Shown in pieces: positions 35,683 to 35,874 of a DNA stretch of 35,874 nucleotides (position 1 is the first letter of the stretch; every line of letters starts with the position of its first letter). The translations under genes and the position numbers were made by a program. The notes under the pieces were generated by a model. It had not been told where the DNA came from. It saw nothing but the letters and a program-made list of their open reading frames with translations, and searched no databases. Source of the stretch: Burkholderiaceae bacterium (lineage in GTDB: Bacteria > Pseudomonadota > Gammaproteobacteria > Burkholderiales > Burkholderiaceae_C); the NCBI GenBank assembly GCA_023262645.1, contig JALRAA010000001.1, positions 1 through 35,874 of the forward strand. The letters are read 5' to 3'.

Positions 35683-35874
35683 ATGACCAAATTTGTGTTC
35701 GTCACCGGCGGTGTGGTGTCCTCCCTGGGCAAGGGAATCGCCGCCGCTTCTCTTGCCGCGATTCTCGAATCGCGGGGCCTCAAAGTCACCCTCATCAAGC
35801 TAGACCCCTACATCAACGTCGATCCTGGCACCATGTCGCCGTTCGAACACGGCGAGGTTTTTGTCACCGAAGAC
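35683..35874 (+). CDS. pyrG: CTP synthase, 5' part (truncated by window end)
   Basis: Manual translation: [64 protein letters not shown]. Not in the ORF track because no stop codon falls inside the window. Confidence 0.97.
   Translation, partial: MTKFVFVTGGVVSSLGKGIAAASLAAILESRGLKVTLIKLDPYINVDPGTMSPFEHGEVFVTED

Noticed and set aside
35840-35874. PyrG motif reads SPFEHGE rather than the SPFQHGE I recall for proteobacteria
   Set aside because: A single substitution also seen in other CTP synthases, at the window edge; cannot be evaluated.
1-35874. tRNA, rRNA, IS elements, integrase, prophage or defence genes
   Set aside because: No recognisable motifs; intergenic gaps are short and the long ORFs are accounted for.

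Overview
A 35.9 kb, gene-dense chromosomal segment from a betaproteobacterium. Gene content and order suggest Comamonadaceae, possibly a Limnohabitans-like freshwater organism; this is inference. Most of the window is housekeeping: dnaJ, comEC, a RidA-family gene, an RND pump plus adaptor, parC/parE, an MFS-SDR-methyltransferase cluster, dapA-bamC-MBL hydrolase, roxA/ycfD, a SlyD-like PPIase, dut-coaBC and the 5' end of pyrG. The main accessory region is 1166-12699, with two parts. (i) A cyanophycin-synthetase locus has two complementary paralogues. One keeps the N-domain Cx19Hx2EH hydrolase motif but lacks the Mur-ligase P-loop; the other has the reverse pattern and carries a 1-nt frameshift at T9656-9659. 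They are divergent from an ABC exporter with a CxxC-x10-CxxC N-terminal extension and a DUF1854-like gene, and sit next to a secreted CapA/PGA_cap-family enzyme. No cyanophycinase is present in the window. (ii) A more AT-rich islet encodes a DapA-family protein that has lost its catalytic Lys, Tyr and Thr residues, plus a 73-aa orphan, divergent from a stand-alone Tat-exported TRAP solute-binding protein. I recognised no rRNA, tRNA, CRISPR array or mobile element. All calls come from reading motifs by eye; no database searches were run.
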